From positions 3,472,001 to 3,536,000 of the forward strand of contig OZ059896.1 of the NCBI GenBank assembly GCA_964057225.1: DNA of 64,000 nucleotides, read 5' to 3'. Source of the stretch: Auanema rhodensis (lineage: Eukaryota > Animalia > Nematoda). The notes below the pieces were generated by a model that did no database searches, was not told where the DNA came from, and worked only from the letters and a program-made list of their open reading frames with translations. Position numbers and translations under genes: made by a program. Shown piece by piece: positions 1-15,000 of the stretch; position 1 is the first letter of the stretch, and each line of letters starts with the position of its first letter.

Positions 1-16
1 CAGGGAGAAAATCGAG

Positions 17-38
17 GATATAAGTGTGAACTTATATC
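17..38. other. Perfect 9-bp inverted repeat in the satellite A monomer (example copy)
   Basis: gatataagt (17-25), loop gtga, acttatatc (30-38); present in nearly all copies. Confidence 0.9.
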
Positions 39-48
39 AGTTGATATC

Positions 49-115
49 TCGGTGCATTTTTAAGCTAGCGCAAATCTGATAACACAGATCGACGCAGCTT
101 AAAAATCCGCATCGA
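49..115. other. 67-nt imperfect hairpin/cruciform in the satellite A monomer (example copy)
   Basis: Nested arms: tcggtgc/gcatcga (one G-T pair), atttttaagct (56-66)/agcttaaaaat (96-106) perfect 11 bp, gcg/cgc, and atctg (74-78)/cagat (85-89) around the loop ataaca. Confidence 0.85.
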
Positions 116-540
116 ATGCACTATATTACATTGAGGAAAGCTTAATACAAAAATTAGTTATGATTGTTTGAAAAATGATGCATTAGTGTATGTTGAGTTT
201 CCATGTACACTCAAAATTGCTTCCAAAAACATTTTGACAAAAATTTTTTCGAAAAATTTCAAAATAATTTAGCAAAAAGTAGATGTTTTTAGATTCCTTC
301 TTTCAAGGCAAAAACGATGGACAATGTTATTCAACGAAAAAATTAATTCTTCAGGGTGAAAATCGAGGATATAAGTGTGAACTTATATCAGTTGATATCT
401 CGGTGCATTTTTAAGCTAGCGCAAATCTGATAACACAGATCGACGCAGCTTAAAAATCCGCATCGAATGCATTATACTACATGGAGAAACGCTCATCACA
501 AAAATTAGTTATGATCGTTTGAAAAATGATGCATTAGTGT

Positions 541-568
541 ATGTTGAGTTTCCATGTACACTCAACAT
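541..568. other. 9-bp inverted repeat in satellite A (example copy; complete in the aacatt variant)
   Basis: atgttgagt (541-549), 10-nt loop, actcaacat (560-568). The aaaatt variant introduces one mismatch in the stem. Confidence 0.8.
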
Positions 569-701
569 TGCTTCCAAAAACATTTTGACAAAATTTTTTC
601 GAAAAATTTCAAAATAATTTAGCAAAAAGTAGATGTTTTTAGATTCCTTTTTTCAAAGCAAAAACGATGGACAATGTTATTCAACGAAAAAATTAATTCT
701 T

Positions 702-3700
702 CAGGGTGAAAATCGAGGATATAAGTGTGAACTTATATCAGTTAAGATCTCGGTGCATTTTTAAGCTAGCGCAAATCTGATAACACAGATCGACGCAGCT
801 TAAAAAACCGCATCGAATGCACTATATTACATTGAGAAAAGCTTAATACAAAAATTAGTTATGATCGTTTGAAAAATGATGCATTAGTGTATGTTGAGTT
901 TCCATGTACACTCAACATTGCTTCCAAAAACATTTTGACAAAAATTTTTTCGAAAAATTTCAAAATAATTTAGCAAAAAGTAGATGTTTTTAGATTCCTT
1001 TTTTCAAGGCAAAAACGATGGACAATGTTATTCAACGAAAAAATTAATTCTTCAGGGTGAAAATCGAGGATATAAGTGTGAACTTATATCAGATGATATC
1101 TAGGTGCATTTTTAAGCTAGCGCAAATCTGATAACACAGATCGACGCAGCTTAAAAATCCGCATCGAATGCACTATATTACATTGAGGAAAGCTTAATAT
1201 AAAAATTAGTTATGATCGTTTGAAAAATGATGCATTAGTGTATGTTGAGTTTCCATGTACACTCAAAATTGCTTCCAAAAACATTTTGACAAAAATTTTT
1301 TCGAAAAATTTCAAAATAATTTAGCAAAAAGTAGATGTTTTTAGATTCCTTCTTTCAAGGCAAAAACGATGGACAATGTTATTCAACGAAAAAATTAATT
1401 CTTCAGGGAGAAAATCGAGGATATAAGTGTGAACTTATATCAGTTGATATCTCGGTGCATTTTTAAGCTAGCGCAAATCTGATAACACAGATCGACGCAG
1501 CTTAAAAATCCGCATCGAATGCACTATATTACATTGAGGAAAGCTTAATACAAAAATTAGTTATGATTGTTTGAAAAATGATGCATTAGTGTATGTTGAG
1601 TTTCCATGTACACTCAAAATTGCTTCCAAAAACATTTTGACAAAAATTTTTTCGAAAAATTTCAAAATAATTTAGCAAAAAGTAGATGTTTTTAGATTCC
1701 TTCTTTCAAGGCAAAAACGATGGACAATGTTATTCAACGAAAAAATTAATTCTTCAGGGTGAAAATCGAGGATATAAGTGTGAACTTATATCAGTTGATA
1801 TCTCGGTGCATTTTTAAGCTAGCGCAAATCTGATAACACAGATCGACGCAGCTTAAAAATCCGCATCGAATGCATTATACTACATGGAGAAACGCTCATC
1901 ACAAAAATTAGTTATGATCGTTTGAAAAATGATGCATTAGTGTATGTTGAGTTTCCATGTACACTCAACATTGCTTCCAAAAACATTTTGACAAAATTTT
2001 TTCGAAAAATTTCAAAATAATTTCGCAAAAAGTAGATGTTTTTAGATTCCTTTTCTTGAGGCAAAAACGATGGACAATGTTATTCAGCGAAAAAATTAAT
2101 TCTTCAGGGTGAAAATCGAGGATATAAGTGTGAACTTATATCAGTTGATATCTCGGTGCATTTTTAAGCTAGCGCAAATCTGATAACACAGATCGACGCA
2201 GCTTAAAAATCCGCATCGAATGCACTATATTACATTGAGGAAAGCTTAATACAAAAATTAGTTATGATTGTTTGAAAAATGATGCATTAGTGTATGTTGA
2301 GTTTCCATGTACACTCAAAATTGCTTCCAAAAACATTTTGACAAAAATTTTTTCGAAAAATTTCAAAATAATTTAGCAAAAAGTAGATGTTTTTAGATTC
2401 CTTCTTTCAAGGCAAAAACGATGGACAATGTTATTCAACGAAAAAATTAATTCTTCAGGGTGAAAATCGAGGATATAAGTGTGAACTTATATCAGTTGAT
2501 ATCTCGGTGCATTTTTAAGCTAGCGCAAATCTGATAACACAGATCGACGCAGCTTAAAAATCCGCATCGAATGCATTATACTACATGGAGAAACGCTCAT
2601 CACAAAAATTAGGTATGATCGTTTGAAAAATGATGCATTAGTGTATGTTGAGTTTCCATGTACACTCAACATTGCTTCCAAAAACATTTTGACAAAATTT
2701 TTTCGAAAAATTTCAAAATAATTTCGCAAAAAGTAGATGTTTTTAGATTCTTTTTTTTGAGGCAAAAACGATGGACAATGTTATTCAACGAAAAAATTAA
2801 TTCTTCAGGGTGAAAATCGAGGATATAAGTGTGAACTTATATCAGTTAATATCTCGGTGCATTTTTAAGCTAGCGCAAATCTGATAACACAGATCGACGC
2901 AGCTTAAAAGTCCGCATCGAATGCACTATACTACATTAAGAAAAGCTTAATACAAAAATTAGTTATGATCGTTTGAAAAATGATGCATTAGTGTATGTTG
3001 AGTTTCCATGTACACTCAAAATTGCTTCCAAAAACATTTTGACAAAAATTTTTTCGAAAAATTTCAAAATAATTTAGCAAAAAGTAGATGTTTTTAGATT
3101 CCTTCTTTCAAGGCAAAAACGATGGACAATGTTATTCAACGAAAAAATTAATTCTTCAGGGTGAAAATCGAGGATATAAGTGTGAACTTATATCAGTTGA
3201 TATCTCGGTGCATTTTTAAGCTAGCGCAAATCTGATAACACAGATCGACGCAGCTTAAAAATCCGCATCGAATGCATTATACTACATGGAGAAACGCTCA
3301 TCACAAAAATTAGGTATGATCGTTTGAAAAATGATGCATTAGTGTATGTTGAGTTTCCATGTACACTCAACATTGCTTCCAAAAACATTTTGACAAAATT
3401 TTTTCGAAAAATTTCAAAATAATTTCGCAAAAAGTAGATGTTTTTAGATTCTTTTTTTTGAGGCAAAAACGATGGACAATGTTATTCAACGAAAAAATTA
3501 ATTCTTCAGGGTGAAAATCGAGGATATAAGTGTGAACTTATATCAGTTGATATCTCGGTGCATTTTTAAGCTAGCGCAAATCTGATAACACAGATCGACG
3601 CAGCTTAAAAATCCGCATCGAATGCATTATACTACATGGAGAAACGCTCATCACAAAAATTAGTTATGATCGTTTGAAAAATGATGCATTAGTGTATGTT

Positions 3701-6700
3701 GAGTTTCCATGTACACTCAACATTGCTTCCAAAAACATTTTGACAAAATTTTTTCGAAAAATTTCAAAATAATTTCGCAAAAAGTAGATGTTTTTAGATT
3801 CCTTTTTTTGAGGCAAAAACGATGGACAATGTTATTCAACGAAAAAATTAATTCTTCAGGGTGAAAATCGAGGATATAAGTGTGAACTTATATCAGTTAA
3901 TATCTCGGTGCATTTTTAAGCTAGCGCAAATCTGATAACACAGATCGACGCAGCTTAAAAAACCGCATCGAATGCACTATATTACATTGAGAAAAGCTTA
4001 ATACAAAAATTAGTTATGATCGTTTGAAAAATGATGCATTAGTGTATGTTGAGTTTCCATGTACACTCAACATTGCTTCCAAAAACATTTTGACAAAAAT
4101 TTTTTCGAAAAATTTCAAAATAATTTAGCAAAAAGTAGATGTTTTTAGATTCCTTCTTTCAAGGCAAAAACGATGGACAATGTTATTCAACGAAAAAATT
4201 AATTCTTCAGGGTGAAAATCGACGATATAAGAGTGAACTTATATCAGTTGATATCTCGGTGCATTTTTAAGCTAGCGCAAATCTGATAACACAGATCGAC
4301 GCAGCTTAAAAATCCGCATCGAATGCATTATACTACATGGAGAAACGCTCATCACAAAAATTTGTTATGATCGTTTGAAAAATGATGCATTAGTGTATGT
4401 TGAGTTTCCATGTACACTCAACATTGCTTCCAAAAACATTTTGACAAAATTTTTTCGAAAAATTTCAGAATAATTTAGCAAAAAGTAGATGTTTTTAGAT
4501 TCCTTTTTTCGAGGCAAAAACGATGGACAATGTTATTCAACGAAAAAATTAATTCTTCAGGGTGAAAATCGAGGATATAAGTGTGAACTTATATCAGTTA
4601 ATATCTCGGTGCATTTTTAAGCTAGCGCAAATCTGATAACATAGATCGACGCAGCTTAAAAGTCCGCATCGAATGCACTATACTACATTAAGAAAAGCTT
4701 AATACAAAAATTAGTTATGATCGTTTGAAAAATGATGCATTAGTGTATGTTGAGTTTCCATGTACACTCAAAATTGCTTCCAAAAACATTTTGACAAAAA
4801 TTTTTTCGAAAAATTTCAAAATAATTTAGCAAAAAGTAGATGTTTTTAGATTCCTTTTTTCGAGGCAAAAACGATGGACAATGTTATTCAACGAAAAAAT
4901 TAATTCTTCAGGGTGAAAATCGAGGATATAAGTGTGAACTTATATCAGTTGATATCTCGGTGCATTTTTAAGCTAGCGCAAATCTGATAACACAGATCGA
5001 AGCAGCTTAAAAATCCGCATCGAATGCACTATATTACATTGAGGAAAGCTTAATACAAAAATTAGTTATGATTGTTTGAAAAATGATGCATTAGTGTATG
5101 TTGAGTTTCCATGTACACTCAAAATTGCTTCCAAAAACATTTTGACAAAAATTTTTTCGAAAAATTTCAAAATAATTTAGCAAAAAGTAGATGTTTTTAG
5201 ATTCCTTCTTTCAAGGCAAAAACGATGGACAATGTTATTCAACGAAAAAATTAATTCTTCAGGGTGAAAATCGAGGAAATAAGTGTGAACTTATATCAGT
5301 TGATATCTCGGTGCATTTTTAAGCTAGCGCAAATCTGATAACACAGATCGACGCAGCTTAAAAGTCCGCATCGAATGCACTATACTACATTAAGAAAAGC
5401 TTAATACAAAAATTAGTTATGATCGTTTGAAAAATGATGCATTAGTGTATGTTGAGTTTCCATGTACACTCAAAATTGCTTCCAAAAACATTTTGACAAA
5501 AATTTTTTCGAAAAATTTCAAAATAATTTAGCAAAAAGTAGATGTTTTTAGATTCCTTTTTTTAAGGCAAAAACGATGGACAATGTTATTCAACGAAAAA
5601 ATTAATTCTTCAGGGTGAAAATCGAGGATATAAGTGTGAACTTATATCAGTTGATATCTCGGTGCATTTTTAAGCTAGCGCAAATCTGATAACACAGATC
5701 GACGCAGCTTAAAAATCCGCATCGAATGCACTATATTACATGGAGGAAAGCTTAATACAAAAATTAGTTATGATTGTTTGAAAAATGATGCATTAGTGTA
5801 TGTTGAGTTTCCATGTACACTCAAAATTGCTTCCAAAAACATTTTGACAAAAATTTTTTCGAAAAATTTCAAAATAATTTAGCAAAAAGTAGATGTTTTT
5901 AGATTCCTTTTTTTAAGGCAAAAACGATGGACAATGTTATTCAACGAAAAAATTAATTCTTCAGGGTGAAAATCGAGGATATAAGTGTGAACTTATATCA
6001 GTTGATATCTCGGTGCATTTTTAAGCTAGCGCAAATCTGATAACACAGATCGACGCAGCTTAAAAATCCGCATCGAATGCACTATATTACATGGAGGAAA
6101 GCTTAATACAAAAATTAGTTATGATTGTTTGAAAAATGATGCATTAGTGTATGTTGAGTTTCCATGTACACTCAAAATTGCTTCCAAAAACATTTTGACA
6201 AAAATTTTTTCGAAAAATTTCAAAATAATTTAGCAAAAAGTAGATGTTTTTAGATTCCTTCTTTCAAGGCAAAAACGATGGACAATGTTATTCAACGAAA
6301 AAATTAATTCTTCAGGGTGAAAATCGAGGATATAAGTGTGAACTTATATCAGTTGATATCTCGGTGCATTTTTAAGCTAGCGCAAATCTGATAACACAGA
6401 TCGACGCAGCTTAAAAATCCGCATCGAATGCATTATACTACATGGAGAAACGCTCATCACAAAAATTAGTTATGATCGTTTGAAAAATGATGCATTAGTG
6501 TATGTTGAGTTTCCATGTACACTCAACATTGCTTCCAAAAACATTTTGACAAAATTTTTTCGAAAAATTTCAAAATAATTTCGCAAAAAGTAGATGTTTT
6601 TAGATTCCTTTTTTTGAGGCAAAAACGATGGACAATGTTATTCAACGAAAAAATTAATTCTTCAGGGTGAAAATCGAGGATATAAGTGTGAACTTATATC

Positions 6701-9060
6701 AGTTAATATCTCGGTGCATTTTTAAGCTAGCGCAAATCTGATAACACAGATCGACGCAGCTTAAAAAACCGCATCGAATGCACTATATTACATTGAGAAA
6801 AGCTTAATACAAAAATTAGTTATGATCGTTTGAAAAATGATGCATTAGTGTATGTTGAGTTTCCATGTACACTCAACATTGCTTCCAAAAACATTTTGAC
6901 AAAAATTTTTTCGAAAAATTTCAAAATAATTTAGCAAAAAGTAGATGTTTTTAGATTCCTTTTTTCAAGGCAAAAACGATGGACAATGTTATTCAACGAA
7001 AAAATTAATTCTTCAGGGTGAAAATCGAGGATATAAGTGTGAACTTATATCAGATGATATCTAGGTGCATTTTTAAGCTAGCGCAAATCTGATAACACAG
7101 ATCGACGCAGCTTAAAAATCCGCATCGAATGCACTATATTACATTGAGGAAAGCTTAATATAAAAATTAGTTATGATCGTTTGAAAAATGATGCATTAGT
7201 GTATGTTGAGTTTCCATGTACACTCAAAATTGCTTCCAAAAACATTTTGACAAAAATTTTTTCGAAAAATTTCAAAATAATTTAGCAAAAAGTAGATGTT
7301 TTTAGATTCCTTCTTTCAAGGCAAAAACGATGGACAATGTTATTCAACGAAAAAATTAATTCTTCAGGGAGAAAATCGAGGATATAAGTGTGAACTTATA
7401 TCAGTTGATATCTCGGTGCATTTTTAAGCTAGCGCAAATCTGATAACACAGATCGACGCAGCTTAAAAATCCGCATCGAATGCACTATATTACATTGAGG
7501 AAAGCTTAATACAAAAATTAGTTATGATTGTTTGAAAAATGATGCATTAGTGTATGTTGAGTTTCCATGTACACTCAAAATTGCTTCCAAAAACATTTTG
7601 ACAAAAATTTTTTCGAAAAATTTCAAAATAATTTAGCAAAAAGTAGATGTTTTTAGATTCCTTCTTTCAAGGCAAAAACGATGGACAATGTTATTCAACG
7701 AAAAAATTAATTCTTCAGGGTGAAAATCGAGGATATAAGTGTGAACTTATATCAGTTGATATCTCGGTGCATTTTTAAGCTAGCGCAAATCTGATAACAC
7801 AGATCGACGCAGCTTAAAAATCCGCATCGAATGCATTATACTACATGGAGAAACGCTCATCACAAAAATTAGTTATGATCGTTTGAAAAATGATGCATTA
7901 GTGTATGTTGAGTTTCCATGTACACTCAACATTGCTTCCAAAAACATTTTGACAAAATTTTTTCGAAAAATTTCAAAATAATTTCGCAAAAAGTAGATGT
8001 TTTTAGATTCCTTTTTTTGAGGCAAAAACGATGGACAATGTTATTCAACGAAAAAATTAATTCTTCAGGGTGAAAATCGAGGATATAAGTGTGAACTTAT
8101 ATCAGTTGATATCTCGGTGCATTTTTAAGCTAGCGCAAATCTGATAACACAGATCGACGCAGCTTAAAAATCCGCATCGAATGCACTATATTACATTGAG
8201 GAAAGCTTAATACAAAAATTAGTTATGATTGTTTGAAAAATGATGCATTAGTGTATGTTGAGTTTCCATGTACACTCAAAATTGCTTCCAAAAACATTTT
8301 GACAAAAATTTTTTCGAAAAATTTCAAAATAATTTAGCAAAAAGTAGATGTTTTTAGATTCCTTCTTTCAAGGCAAAAACGATGGACAATGTTATTCAAC
8401 GAAAAAATTAATTCTTCAGGGTGAAAATCGAGGATATAAGTGTGAACTTATATCAGTTGATATCTCGGTGCATTTTTAAGCTAGCGCAAATCTGATAACA
8501 CAGATCGACGCAGCTTAAAAATCCGCATCGAATGCATTATACTACATGGAGAAACGCTCATCACAAAAATTAGGTATGATCGTTTGAAAAATGATGCATT
8601 AGTGTATGTTGAGTTTCCATGTACACTCAACATTGCTTCCAAAAACATTTTGACAAAATTTTTTCGAAAAATTTCAAAATAATTTCGCAAAAAGTAGATG
8701 TTTTTAGATTCCTTTTTTTGAGGCAAAAACGATGGACAATGTTATTCAACGAAAAAATTAATTCTTCAGGGTGAAAATCGAGGATATAAGTGTGAACTTA
8801 TATCAGTTAATATCTCAGTGCATTTTTAAGCTAGCGCAAATCTGATAACACAGATCGACGCAGCTTAAAAGTCCGCATCGAATGCACTATACTACATTAA
8901 GAAAAGCTTAATACAAAAATTAGTTACGATCGTTTGAAAAATGATGCATTAGTGTATGTTGAGTTTCCATGTACACTCAAAATTGCTTCCAAAAACATTT
9001 TGACAAAATTTTTTCGAAAAATTTCAAAATAATTTCGCAAAAAGTAGATGTTTTTAGATT
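702..9060. repeat. ~7-monomer block duplicated at a 17-monomer (5961-bp) offset in satellite A
   Basis: The cagggag variant lies at 1404/7365; the agatgatatctagg plus ttaatataaaa monomer at 1053/7014; taggtatg at ~2610/~8571. ORF-track entries 2520 and 8481 differ by 5961. Confidence 0.85.
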
Positions 9061-12000
9061 CCTTCTTTCAAGGCAAAAACGATGGACAATGTTATTCAAC
9101 GAAAAAATTAATTCTTCAGGGTGAAAATCGAGGATATAAGTGTGAACTTATATCAGTTGATATCTCGGTGCATTTTTAAGCTAGCGCAAATCTGATAACA
9201 TAGATCGACGCAGCTTAAAAATCCGCATCGAATGCATTATACTACATGGAGAAACGCTCATCACAAAAATTAGTTATGATCGTTTGAAAAATGATGCATT
9301 AGTGTATGTTGAGTTTCCATGTACACTCAACATTGCTTCCAAAAACATTTTGACAAAATTTTTTCGAAAAATTTCAAAATAATTTCGCAAAAAGTAGATG
9401 TTTTTAGATTCCTTTTTTTGAGGCAAAAACGATGGACAATGTTATTCAACGAAAAAATTAATTCTTCAGGGTGAAAATCGAGGATATAAGTGTGAACTTA
9501 TATCAGTTGATATCTCGGTGCATTTTTTAGCTAGCGCAAATCTGATAACACAGATCGACGCAGCTTAAAAATCCGCATCGAATGCATTATACTACATGGA
9601 GAAACGCTCATCACAAAAATTAGTTATGATCGTTTGAAAAATGATGCATTAGTGTATGTTGAGTTTCCATGTACACTCAACATTGCTTCCAAAAACATTT
9701 TGACAAAATTTTTTCGAAAAATTTCAAAATAATTTCGCAAAAAGTAGATGTTTTTAGATTCCTTTTTTTGAGGCAAAAACGATGGACAATGTTATTCAAC
9801 GAAAAAATTAATTCTTCAAGGTGAAAATCGAGGATATAAGTGTGAACTTATATCAGTTGATATCTCGGTGCATTTTTAAGCTAGCGCAAATCTGATAACA
9901 CAGATCGACGCAGCTTAAAAATCCGCATCGAATGCATTATACTACATGGAGAAACGCTCATCACAAAAATTAGTTATGATCGTTTGAAAAATGATGCATT
10001 AGTGTATGTTGAGTTTCCATGTACACTCAACATTGCTTCCAAAAACATTTTGACAAAATTTTTTCGAAAAATTTCAAAATAATTTCGCAAAAAGTAGATG
10101 TTTTTAGATTCCTTTTTTTGAGGCAAAAACGATGGACAATGTTATTCAACGAAAAAATTAATTCTTCAGGGTGAAAATCGAGGATATAAGTGTGAACTTA
10201 TATCAGTTGATATCTCGGTGCATTTTTAAGCTAGCGCAAATCTGATAACATAGATCGACGCAGCTTAAAAGTCCGCATCGAATGCACTATACTACATGGA
10301 GAAACGCTCATCACAAAAATTAGTTATGATCGTTTGAAAAATGATGCATTAGTGTATGTTGAGTTTCCATGTACACTCAAAATTGCTTCCAAAAACATTT
10401 TGACAAAAATTTTTTCGAAAAATTTCAAAATAATTTAGCAAAAAGTAGATGTTTTTAGATTCCTTTTTTCGAGGCAAAAACGATGGACAATGTTATTCAA
10501 CGAAAAAATTAATTCTTCAGGGTGAAAATCGAGGATATAAGTGTGAACTTATATCAGTTGATATCTCGGTGCATTTTTAAGCTAGCGCAAATCTGATAAC
10601 ATAGATCGACGCAGCTTAAAAGTCCGCATCGAAAGCACTATACTACATTAAGAAAAGCTTAATACAAAAATTAGTTATGATCGTTTGAAAAATGATGCAT
10701 TAGTGTATGTTGAGTTTCCATGTACACTCAACATTGCTTCCAAAAACATTTTGACAAAAATTTTTTCGAAAAATTTCAAAATAATTTAGCAAAAAGTAGA
10801 TGTTTTTAGATTTCTTTTTTAAAGGCAAAAACGATGGACAATGTTATTCAACGAAAAAATTAATTCTTCAGGGTGAAAATCGAGGATACAAGTGTGAACT
10901 TATATCAGATGATATCTAGGTGCATTTTTAAGCTAGCGCAAATCTGATAACACAGATCGACGCAGCTTAAAAATCCGCATCGAATGCACTATATTACATT
11001 GAGGAAAGCTTAATACAAAAATTAGTTATGATCGTTTGAAAAATGATGCATTAGTGTATGTTGAGTTTCCATGTACACTCAAAATTGCTTCCAAAAACAT
11101 TTTGACAAAAATTTTTTCGAAAAATTTCAAAATAATTTAGCAAAAAGTAGATGTTTTTAGATTCCTTTTTTTAAGGCAAAAACGATGGACAATGTTATTC
11201 AACGAAAAAATTAATTCTTCAGGGTGAAAATCGAGGATATAAGTGTGAACTTATATCAGTTAATATCTCGGTGCATTTTTAAGCTAGCGCAAATCTGATA
11301 ACACAGATCGACGCAGCTTAAAAAACCGCATCGAATGCACTATATAACATTGAGAAAAGCTTAATACAAAAATTAGTTATGATCGTTTGAAAAATGATGC
11401 ATTAGTGTATGTTGAGTTTCCATGTACACTCAACATTGCTTCCAAAAACATTTTGACAAAAATTTTTTCGAAAAATTTCAAAATAATTTAGCAAAAAGTA
11501 GATGTTTTTAGATTCCTTTTTTCAAGGCAAAAACGATGGACAATGTTATTCAACGAAAAAATTAATTCTTCAGGGTGAAAATTGAGGATATAAGTGTGAA
11601 CTTATATCAGTTGATATCTCGGTGCATTTTTAAGCTAGCGCAAATCTGATAACACAGATCGACGCAGCTTAAAAATCCGCATCGAATGCATTATACTACA
11701 TGGAGAAACGCTCATCACAAAAATTAGTTATGATCGTTTGAAAAATGATGCATTAGTGTATGTTGAGTTTCCATGTACACTCAACATTGCTTCCAAAAAC
11801 ATTTTGACAAAATTTTTTCGAAAAATTTCAAAATAATTTCGCAAAAAGTAGATGTTTTTAGATTCCTTTTTTTGAGGCAAAAACGATGGACAATGTTATT
11901 CAACGAAAAAATTAATTCTTCAGGGTGAAAATCGAGGATATAAGTGTGAACTTATATCAGTTAATATCTCGGTGCATTTTTAAGCTAGCGCAAATCTGAT

Positions 12001-15000
12001 AACACAGATCGACGCAGCTTAAAAGTCCGCATCGAATGCACTATACTACATGGAGAAACGCTCATCACAAAAATTAGTTATGATCGTTTGAAAAATGATG
12101 CATTAGTGTATGTTGAGTTTCCATGTACACTCAACATTGCTTCCAAAAACATTTTGACAAAATTTTTTCGAAAAATTTCAAAATAATTTCGCAAAAAGTA
12201 GATGTTTTTAGATTCCTTTTTTTGAGGCAAAAACGATGGACAATGTTATTCAACGAAAAAATTAATTCTTCAGGGTGAAAATCGAGGATACAAGTGTGAA
12301 CTTATATCAGATGATATCTAGGTGCATTTTTAAGCTAGCGCAAATCTGATAACACAGATCGACGCAGCTTAAAAATCCGCATCGAATGCACTATATTACA
12401 TTGAGGAAAGCTTAATACAAAAATTAGTTATGATCGTTTGAAAAATGATGCATTAGTGTATGTTGAGTTTCCATGTACACTCAAAATTGCTTCCAAAAAC
12501 ATTTTGACAAAAATTTTTTCGAAAAATTTCAAAATAATTTAGCAAAAAGTAGATGTTTTTAGATTCCTTTTTTTAAGGCAAAAACGATGGACAATGTTAT
12601 TCAACGAAAAAATTAATTCTTCAGGGTGAAAATCGAGGATATAAGTGTGAACTTATATCAGTTAATATCTCGGTGCATTTTTAAGCTAGCGCAAATCTGA
12701 TAACACAGATCGACGCAGCTTAAAAAACCGCATCGAATGCACTATATTACATTGAGAAAAGCTTAATACAAAAATTAGTTATGATCGTTTGAAAAATGAT
12801 GCATTAGTGTATGTTGAGTTTCCATGTACACTCAACATTGCTTCCAAAAACATTTTGACAAAAATTTTTTCGAAAAATTTCAAAATAATTTAGCAAAAAG
12901 TAGATGTTTTTAGATTCCTTTTTTCAAGGCAAAAACGATGGACAATGTTATTCAACGAAAAAATTAATTCTTCAGGGTGAAAATTGAGGATATAAGTGTG
13001 AACTTATATCAGTTGATATCTCGGTGCATTTTTAAGCTAGCGCAAATCTGATAACACAGATCGACGCAGCTTAAAAATCCGCATCGAATGCATTATACTA
13101 CATGGAGAAACGCTCATCACAAAAATTAGTTATGATCGTTTGAAAAATGATGCATTAGTGTATGTTGAGTTTCCATGTACACTCAACATTGCTTCCAAAA
13201 ACATTTTGACAAAATTTTTTCGAAAAATTTCAAAATAATTTCGCAAAAAGTAGATGTTTTTAGATTCCTTTTTTTGAGGCAAAAACGATGGACAATGTTA
13301 TTCAACGAAAAAATTAATTCTTCAGGGTGAAAATCGAGGATATAAGTGTGAACTTATATCAGTTAATATCTCGGTGCATTTTTAAGCTAGCGCAAATCTG
13401 ATAACACAGATCGACGCAGCTTAAAAGTCCGCATCGAATGCACTATACTACATGGAGAAACGCTCATCACAAAAATTAGTTATGATCGTTTGAAAAATGA
13501 TGCATTAGTGTATGTTGAGTTTCCATGTACACTCAACATTGCTTCCAAAAACATTTTGACAAAATTTTTTCGAAAAATTTCAAAATAATTTCGCAAAAAG
13601 TAGATGTTTTTAGATTCCTTTTTTTGAGGCAAAAACAATGGACAATGTTATTCAACGAAAAAATTAATTCTTCAGGGTGAAAATCGAGGATATAAGTGTG
13701 AACTTATATCAGTTAATATCTCGGTGCATTTTTAAGCTAGCGCAAATCTGATAACACAGATCGACGCAGCTTAAAAGTCCGCATCGAATGCACTATACTA
13801 CATTAAGAAAAGCTTAATACAAAAATTAGTTACGATCGTTTGAAAAATGATGCATTAGTGTATGTTGAGTTTCCATGTACACTCAAAATTGCTTCCAAAA
13901 ACATTTTGACAAAATTTTTTCGAAAAATTTCAAAATAATTTCGCAAAAAGTAGATGTTTTTAGATTCCTTCTTTCAAGGCAAAAACGATGGACAATGTTA
14001 TTCAACGAAAAAATTAATTCTTCAGGGTGAAAATCGAGGATATAAGTGTGAACTTATATCAGTTGATATCTCGGTGCATTTTTAAGCTAGCGCAAATCTG
14101 ATAACATAGATCGACGCAGCTTAAAAGTCCGCATCGAATGCACTATACTACATGGAGAAACGCTCATCACAAAAATTAGTTATGATCGTTTGAAAAATGA
14201 TGCATTAGTGTATGTTGAGTTTCCATGTACACTCAAAATTGCTTCCAAAAACATTTTGACAAAAATTTTTTCGAAAAATTTCAAAATAATTTAGCAAAAA
14301 GTAGATGTTTTTAGATTCCTTTTTTCGAGGCAAAAACGATGGACAATGTTATTCAACGAAAAAATTAATTCTTCAGGGTGAAAATCGAGGATATAAGTGT
14401 GAACTTATATCAGTTGATATCTCGGTGCATTTTTAAGCTAGCGCAAATCTGATAACATAGATCGACGCAGCTTAAAAGTCCGCATCGAAAGCACTATACT
14501 ACATTAAGAAAAGCTTAATACAAAAATTAGTTATGATCGTTTGAAAAATGATGCATTAGTGTATGTTGAGTTTCCATGTACACTCAACATTGCTTCCAAA
14601 AACATTTTGACAAAAATTTTTTCGAAAAATTTCAAAATAATTTAGCAAGAAGTAGATGTTTTTAGATTCCTTTTTCAAAGGCAAAAACGATGGACAATGT
14701 TATTCAACGAAAAAATTAATTCTTCAGGGTGAAAATCGAGGATACAAGTGTGAACTTATATCAGATGATATCTAGGTGCATTTTTAAGCTAGCGCAAATC
14801 TGATAACACAGATCGACGCAGCTTAAAAATCCGCATCGAATGCACTATATTACATTGAGGAAAGCTTAATACAAAAATTAGTTATGATCGTTTGAAAAAT
14901 GATGCATTAGTGTATGTTGAGTTTCCATGTACACTCAAAATTGCTTCCAAAAACATTTTGACAAAAATTTTTTCGAAAAATTTCAAAATAATTTAGCAAA

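Noticed and set aside
245-265. CENP-B box-like start (TTCGaaaaA)
   Set aside because: It lacks the essential CGGG of the NTTCGNNNNANNCGGGN consensus.
1-351. Satellite A as a diverged dimer of two ~175-bp halves, or a ~63-bp subrepeat (tgca at 53, 117, 179)
   Set aside because: No convincing alignment between the halves was visible, and the short-word recurrence is compatible with chance.
300-360. Hammerhead ribozyme (as in newt, schistosome and cricket satellites): the minus strand has CTGAAGA matching CUGANGA; the plus strand has CTGATAA
   Set aside because: No stem II closes onto a suitably placed GAAA, and no stem I/III with a UH cleavage site could be built by eye. The plus-strand word does not match the core. 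An Infernal/RNAMotif search would settle it.
2520-8726. Three 81-aa minus-strand ORFs (2520, 3221, 8481)
   Set aside because: They lie wholly within satellite A and open only where the tagtta>taggta variant removes a stop in a 350-bp monomer. There is no recognisable domain, and all other copies are closed.
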